A stretch of DNA of 64,000 nucleotides from Macrostomum hystrix. Lineage: Eukaryota; Animalia; Platyhelminthes. How positions within the stretch are numbered: position 1 is the first letter of the stretch; every line of letters begins with the position of its first letter. The notes under the pieces are model-generated. The model was not told where the DNA came from. It was given only the letters and a program-made list of their open reading frames with translations, and ran no database searches. The translations under genes and the position numbers were made by a program. The stretch spans positions 8,866,001 through 8,930,000 of the forward strand of contig CATNEN010000001.1 in NCBI GenBank assembly GCA_950097015.1. Direction: 5' to 3'. This document shows positions 58,101 through 64,000 of the stretch, in pieces.

Positions 58101-61100
58101 GACAGACTGGTAGACATATTAGTAGACAGATAGGTAGACATATTAGTAGACAGACCGGTAGACATAATAGTAGACAGACAGGCAGACATATTAGTAGACA
58201 GACTAGTAGACATATTAGTAGACAGACTGGTAGACATATTAGTAGACAGACAGGTAGACATATTAGTAGACAGACAGGTAGACATATTAGTAGACAGACT
58301 GGTAGACATATTAGTAGACAGACTGGTAGACATATTAGTAGACAGACAGGTAGACATATTAGTAGACAGACAGGTAGACATATTAGTAGACAGACTGGTA
58401 GACATATTAGTAGACAGATTGGTAGACATATTAGTAGACAGATTGGTAGACATATTAGTAGACAAAACAGTAGCTCTATCGGTAAACGTAGTTAATAGAC
58501 AGATTGGTAGACATATTAGTAGACAAAACAGTAGCTCTATCGGTAAACGTAGTTAATAGACAGGTTGGTAGACATATTAGTAGACAGGTTGGTAGCTACT
58601 AGTACGAGCGTAGCAAGCACGTTAAGTAAAAATAATAGTTTGTTTTGCACCCTCAGCGCTCACTTAAAGGTGAAATCGGCTCCCTGGTCTAGCAGGTAGT
58701 TAAACAGTTCCGAGTGGCCCTGCTCAGCAGCAATCAGCAGGCTGGTCATGCCAGACATGTCGCGATGCTTCAGCGCCTGTCGCTTCAACGTCTCGCTGTG
58801 CTCACAGATGCTCATCACCAGCCGGGTGTGGCCCAGCTTCACAGCCAGCTGGGTCGGCGTGCGACCCTCCGAGTCCACGACGTGAAAGTTGGCGCCGCGG
58901 CTCAGCAGAACTTTGAGTAGCTGCTCAGCAGACGAAGGGTGGGGGAGTGTCACTCTCTGGCTTTGGCCCTCATAAAATAATAATAATACGAGCCAAGAAT
59001 AATTGCAGGAGGCCTACGGTACATCATCTGTTGACACTAGACTCACAGTTAGCCAGAATGCAATTCTGCCCATTCCGCTGACTCCTGAGCACACACGCAC
59101 ACAGATACCGTACGCAGACAAACACTCACACAGGTGTGTACATCTGCCCTGACTTTCTCATCGTCAGGCAGTACACATTTCACTGCGCCTTAGAGGTTGG
59201 CCCACAAGGGCGTAAATTTCACGACAAGCCCCCAAGCCTTCTCTCTAAGGCTGCGCCCCAAATTAACGTGGCCTCGCCGCGGAATCGAGCTCAGGGACCT
59301 TGGCCGAGTGGTGGAAATATTTTGTAGGCCTGTTGTTGTGACTTGAATATTCAACCGGACTTGAATGTACTCTATTAACTTATCGTTGCTCAATGCACGC
59401 CCATTTTCCTATGCGTGCGTGGGCCGCGTGTGTCACCTGCGCGTGTGACACAACGTGCTATGTTCTTACTCCTTGCTCTCCACGTGCCATTGTCACCCCC
59501 AGCCATATTTTGTCAGTATAAATATATCGAATCTCCTTGTACGTAGTTCGTGGCCTTTGCGCTATCTAAAGAATTCCTGGTCTACAAAACCTGTTTTCGT
59601 CGAAAAATTTATTGGCGAGATAGAAAAAAGGTTGCTTTTTTTAAACAAAAAAGTCTGCTTTCTAGCACCTCTAGTTCGTGAAGATATTCTGTTGCTTGGT
59701 TGATAACCTTCCTTTCCTTTTTTGTTAGTGTATTTTTAGACGGAAACGGCCCACATCTATTTTATCTATTTAGATTGTCGAGTCCTTCTACTTGTGTAGT
59801 CCTACTCACAGTAGTATCGCCGCTTTCCACGGCGTAGTGCACCGGATATTTGTCCTGAGAATCGCTGGAATTCAGCAGCCGGTCGCTGCCGTCGGGTAGT
59901 TCAGCGGCTCTGTCTAGGAGGAAGTTCACCAGATCGACGGAACCGGCCAGGACGGCCCAGTGGAGGCCGGTGCGCATCTGAATATCCGAGGCCGCAATCA
60001 CCACGGCGTCGCTGGCTGCCAGTCGCCTGGCTTCGTTTAGTTGACCTCGACGACAGGCCCAGTGGAATGGCGTCATGAATTCGACGTCTGGTGCCAACGG
60101 ATCAGAGCCCTGCAATTTGTCAGTCAAATCGGTTTCTTGCCTATTTGTTTACTCGTTGATTTTTGTGGACTAAAATCGGAACAGAAAGTCACGTGACATT
60201 GAACTTACCGCCCTCAGTAGTATGCCGCAAATCTCTTCTTGCTTGGCAATGACACCACTGAAACGAATACAACGATGCAAGTTTAAAGTCGGTTTTACTA
60301 GAAACCAACAGTTACGGAAAAACGCTGTGGTTGTACTATACCTGTGCAACGGCGTCCGGCCAAGCTTGTCTTGCTGATCAGAATCGGCCCCTAGCTCAAG
60401 AAGTTTCAAAACGGCCTCCTTGTGACCGAGCGTGGCCGCCGAATGGAGCGGAGTACTGTTCTCCAACTGACAATGGTTTGTTCATGTATGTTTCTTTATT
60501 GTCTATGATACTACTCGTACTAGTAGTTGAAGATTTAGAATTCCAGAAACGGTAGAAGGGCACCATGGGGGTATTTAAAAAAATCGAGATATTCAACGAG
60601 TCTTTTCGAGATGTGTGTGAGCAGACATTGTACATATGTAACCTATATATCTATCTATCTATTTTGCAGGGGGGCCCGGGGCACTTGTCGCACAAGCGAC
60701 GGAGCGGCACGCCCCCAGACCGGCGCTTTTGCGCCCATCGCGCCGCCTCCCCTGAGCAGGCACCACACAACAGCACAGACCAGCCGGGGAGGGCAGGAGG
60801 TACCCAGAATAGGCAGCAGTGCCCCCCCACCCCAGCCCCACACGCACATAGCAGACCAAGCCGGGGCGGAAGGCTGATAAGAAATCAGTCCTCAGGGGGG
60901 CCGGGTGATGAGTGTACACTTATCCAATCGCGCTGACGGAAGTCCAGAAAGCGCGCGGCGGTGTACACCCGCCCTCCAGCCACCCCCCGCAAGGCCTCAC
61001 GCCCCAGCGCCAACGCACACAACTCACGCAACGCAGAACAGGCACACAGAAGGTAGGAGCGAAGCTATTATTTCAAGCTTTGATTGCACGAAATATGGTG

Positions 61101-63659
61101 CACCTCCGCCGGTCGCTACTGTCCAAACCCCTCAACAAGTCCCGAAATTAATCGTGACTTAAAGGGTAAATCGAACTAGCGTCCTTTGGAGTGCGAGGCA
61201 GCGACGTTAGCCGCTGACCCACTCGCCCCTCACATAGATCAATATGGTAAACTTTAAAAAGTCGGTCATTCTACTGTTTAACAAGTGGGCTGGACTTCGA
61301 ATGCCGACACATGGAAAAAAACGTTTTCGTGTCCTTGAAGCAATACAAATAGCTTCGAATGTGCCACTAACCGTCACTCTGACCCAATATTCTGGATAAA
61401 ATAGAACTAAAATTACACCTGATCTAGTTGAGAATGAGTCGCGTCAACTCACATTCTTGAGGTTGATGTCAGCTCCGCAGTCTTTGAGGGCTTGAATCAT
61501 CTGCAATTTTAATGCTGATTAATTGCATTTCAAGCTCTACTTGGTCAATAGGCATCAGTACTTTCAAAATCGAGCATTTTCAAAAGCCTACCATTGGCTT
61601 GTTGCTTCTTGCAGCGTAGTGCATCGCTGAGTTACCTCCAGTGTCCTGCATGTTCAGCATTTCAACAACATCGCGACTGTTCTCTTTGCCTGAAATCGCG
61701 AATTAAATTTTCTTTATTGCTACAAGACCAAAAAAGCTTAGAAAAAATGTCAAGTTATCGCGACTTACAAACGCTGACAAAGTGACTAAGCAAGTCTTCG
61801 CCACTCTCCGAAGCTGCCACCATGAGGGGTGTCACGCCATGCATGTCGCGACCCGAGATCAGTGCGGTGTCGTTTGTCTGGAATTAGTTATTTCACACAC
61901 AAAGTACAATGATATTTCAGGGGCTGTGGCATAGCGAGGTTGTTGCACTAACCAGAATTTTAGCAACGTCGAAGGACAATAGGTTTAATGAGCCCATCAA
62001 TTCACTACGGAGATCGGCTTGCTCAAAGATAGTGGTCACTAGGGGATGAGTGGGGTGGGTGGGGGCCAACCTCCAAGGCACAGTGAAAGTGTACACTGCC
62101 CGACAATGAGAAAAATTGTCACCTTGTTAAACTTCCTCAACAATGCCCAACTCACCAAAATCTGACAAAGCTGAAGATTGTTGCGTCTAGATGGCATGTG
62201 CAGCACACTGGTTCCATCCAGCTCCTTCAGCTGTACGTTGGCTTTGTTGCCGAGTAGAATCTGCGAACGATTAACACAGGCTTATCACATACTTTAAGAA
62301 ATGTCAGATTCTGCAGTTCCATCATTCAGACCCACCTGTACCTAAGAAATGTCAGATTCTAACCAAATTCCTGCAGTTCTATCATTCTGACCCACCTGTA
62401 CCGCGGCCTCATTATTTCGTCGGCAGGCCACGTGTAGCGCAGTTTGGCCGCGATCGTCGGTGGCGTCAATCCGTACTCGCCGACTGCTCAGCAGCTCCTT
62501 CAGGGCTCCAACCTGGTTGAAATTTGCCGCCACGTGCAACGGCCTGGCGCCTTCGCGGCCCTTCAAATTGACATTGGCGCCGGCCTGTATGAGTAGAGCG
62601 ACAACTTCGACGCGGTCATTCTTCACAGCGTAGTGCAGGCCGCTCATCATTTGATCGTCCAGATCGGAGACCAGTGTTGAATCGTTCTTGATCAGCAGGG
62701 AAACCAAGTCGGTGTTGCCTTCGCGGATTGAGTGAAAGAACTGCGTGTGGGAATGGGTATAAATTTAGTTTCTATATGGTAATACCCATCCAGGGGCGTA
62801 GCAAGGGGTGAAAAAACTGTGTGACGCCCCCCTAGTAGTGGCGCTGGCGCCCACTGGTAGTGGCGCCCCCATGTGGTAGTGGCGCCCCCATGTGGTAGTG
62901 GCGCCCCCATGTGGTAGTGGCGCCCCCATGTGGTAGCGGCGCCCCCATGTGGTAGCGGCGCCCCCATGTGGTAGCGGCGCCCCCATGTGGTAGCGGCGCC
63001 CCCATGTGGTAGCGGCGCCCCCATGTGGTAGCGGCGCCCCCATGTGGTAGCGGCACCCCCATGTGGTAGTGGCGCCCCCATGTGGTAGTGACGCCCATGT
63101 GGTAGTGGCGCCCCCATGTGGTAGTGACGCAACCCTTGTAGTGGCGGCCCCTTAGACGAAAATCCTGGCTACGCCAATGATACCATCCAATGTTGGGTGT
63201 AAGAAAAAATGGGCTTACTAATCTCCTCTGCTCAGTTGGAGAAAGAATCTTTAGTTGGGCCATTGAGAGGCCCTTGCTTTGTATTCTCGGCCTGACAGGT
63301 ACCCTGATGTCTTCGTCCTTCGAATTGTCTCCGCCGGCTCCGTCTTGATCGCCAGTGACGGCTGCAGTTGGGTTTGTGGCAACTAGGATAACACCGGCAG
63401 CATTGTCACCTTCACCTTTCACGCTGCCCTCCTTGGAGCCGGCCTGTCTGCTCACAAATTCACCTTGTCTGGGACCGCGCGCGCTGGCGGCCCTGCTCGC
63501 TGGCGAAGAACTTCGCGCGCTGCCAACCGAGACTGCACTCTTCGGTCGAGCTGCTCGGCTGGCGCCGGGGCCGGTATTCGCTAGATTAAACGCATCGGAA
63601 CTCGACGGCGGCGACTCCGGTGGTGGCAGTGGTGAGATGCGGTTATCCGAGACACTCAT
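52128..63659 (-). CDS. TRPA-family ankyrin-repeat cation channel (TRPA1-like), 22 exons
   Basis: Exons 63659-63219, 62740-62396, 62260-62156, 61877-61769, 61689-61592, 61500-61453, 60466-60342, 60257-60209, 60109-59810, 58920-58664, 57841-57730, 56873-56701, 56420-56336, 56223-56164, 56070-55922, 55690-55534, 54437-54330, 54251-54085, 53504-53375, 53288-53115, 52551-52483, 52397-52128. Many ankyrin repeats (TPLH/TALH/TAMH), ELLQHPLC..KW, six TM helices, pore MTVGEMDF, MNLLVGVAVGDI, C-terminal coiled coil. Confidence 0.93.
53660..58595. repeat. Intronic minisatellites of the TRPA gene: 17-bp 53660-53970, 18-bp 54757-55014, 20-bp 55735-55895, 20-bp 56565-56660 and 56960-57710, 24-bp 58030-58595
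   Basis: Units tttcatctgttagacta; cccccagttgacaatgat; gacagacatctacsgagtct; actcctgtctaacaggtkac; gacagactggtagacatattagta. Confidence 0.92.
54530..55350 (+). mobile_element. SINE family 1 copy fragmented by two insertions (one carries an 18-bp minisatellite)
   Basis: Three collinear pieces at ~54530-54664, ~55016-55052 and ~55255-55350. Confidence 0.75.
58975..59308 (-). mobile_element. SINE family 1 copy in a TRPA intron
   Basis: Matches 42111-42275 and 41215-41357 by eye; short (TTA) tail. Confidence 0.85.
60644..61232 (-). mobile_element. Longer SINE-like element (family 3) with tRNA-like head and (AGAT) tail
   Basis: Minus-strand head ggggcgagtgggtcagcggctaacgtc..ctagttcgattt; central hairpin closed by GTGTACAC at 60912-60968; 3' end ctcagggg..gcgatgggcgcaaaagcgcc..ctgca followed by (agat)3. 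Only one copy in the window. Confidence 0.65.
62791..63179. mobile_element. hAT-like MITE with an internal 19-bp tandem array
   Basis: TIRs caggggcgtagcaagg / cctggctacgccaatg; flanks atacccatc / ataccatc (8-bp TSD with one indel); internal (gtggtagcggcgcccccat)n. Confidence 0.8.
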
Positions 63660-64000
63660 AGGCGGTGGATCTCGAAGTATTTTTCTCTGTTTGAAAAAAG
63701 CCTTAACCTTGCACGGATGAAGCTCGTATAAAAGATAAAAGTAGCCGAGTGGAATGACAGCTTCTTAAATAGACATTTTTCTCAGTACTTGAACTCATAC
63801 CGACTCATTTCTCCGCTTCTCTCCCTCCCTTCTCTAACCTCAGTTGGCCTCAATGCTAGGCTTTCATCGCCATGTGAGCGAGTTTTGTTACTCCGAAAAC
63901 AAAGCCAAAACAAAGCCGATCTGCTCACACTGCAGTGGCCTTGAGTGTACCATAAAACCGTGCGAATCAACCCCCTCCTCCGCCGCTGCCAAAACTAATG

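Overview
Intron-rich animal genomic DNA, not prokaryotic. Nearly every intron carries its own minisatellite; this and the gene content suggest a flatworm such as Macrostomum (inference only). Five spliced genes were rebuilt by hand from GT-AG junctions and reading frame. On the + strand: synaptojanin (5'-partial), porcupine and CDC50/TMEM30. On the - strand: a divergent nicotinic-receptor-like Cys-loop alpha subunit and a 22-exon TRPA-like ankyrin channel. Mobile DNA includes a deleted mariner with TIRs and a TA TSD, a hAT-like MITE, two RNase H/CCHC LINE 3' fragments and three tRNA-headed SINE-like families. The most striking object is a non-autonomous Penelope-like unit in intron 1 of the receptor gene (46096-48892). 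It has structured 150-bp tandem repeats, a TATA box, a minimal type I hammerhead ribozyme, a ~1-kb near-perfect (GATA)n tract and a >=133-bp flanking duplication. Also notable: a 3' stem-loop shared by the SINEs and a LINE, a minisatellite derived from a SINE segment, two inverted minisatellite pairs, loss of ligand-binding residues in both channel genes, and a possible trans-spliced operon. No database searches were run; family assignments rest on recognised motifs.
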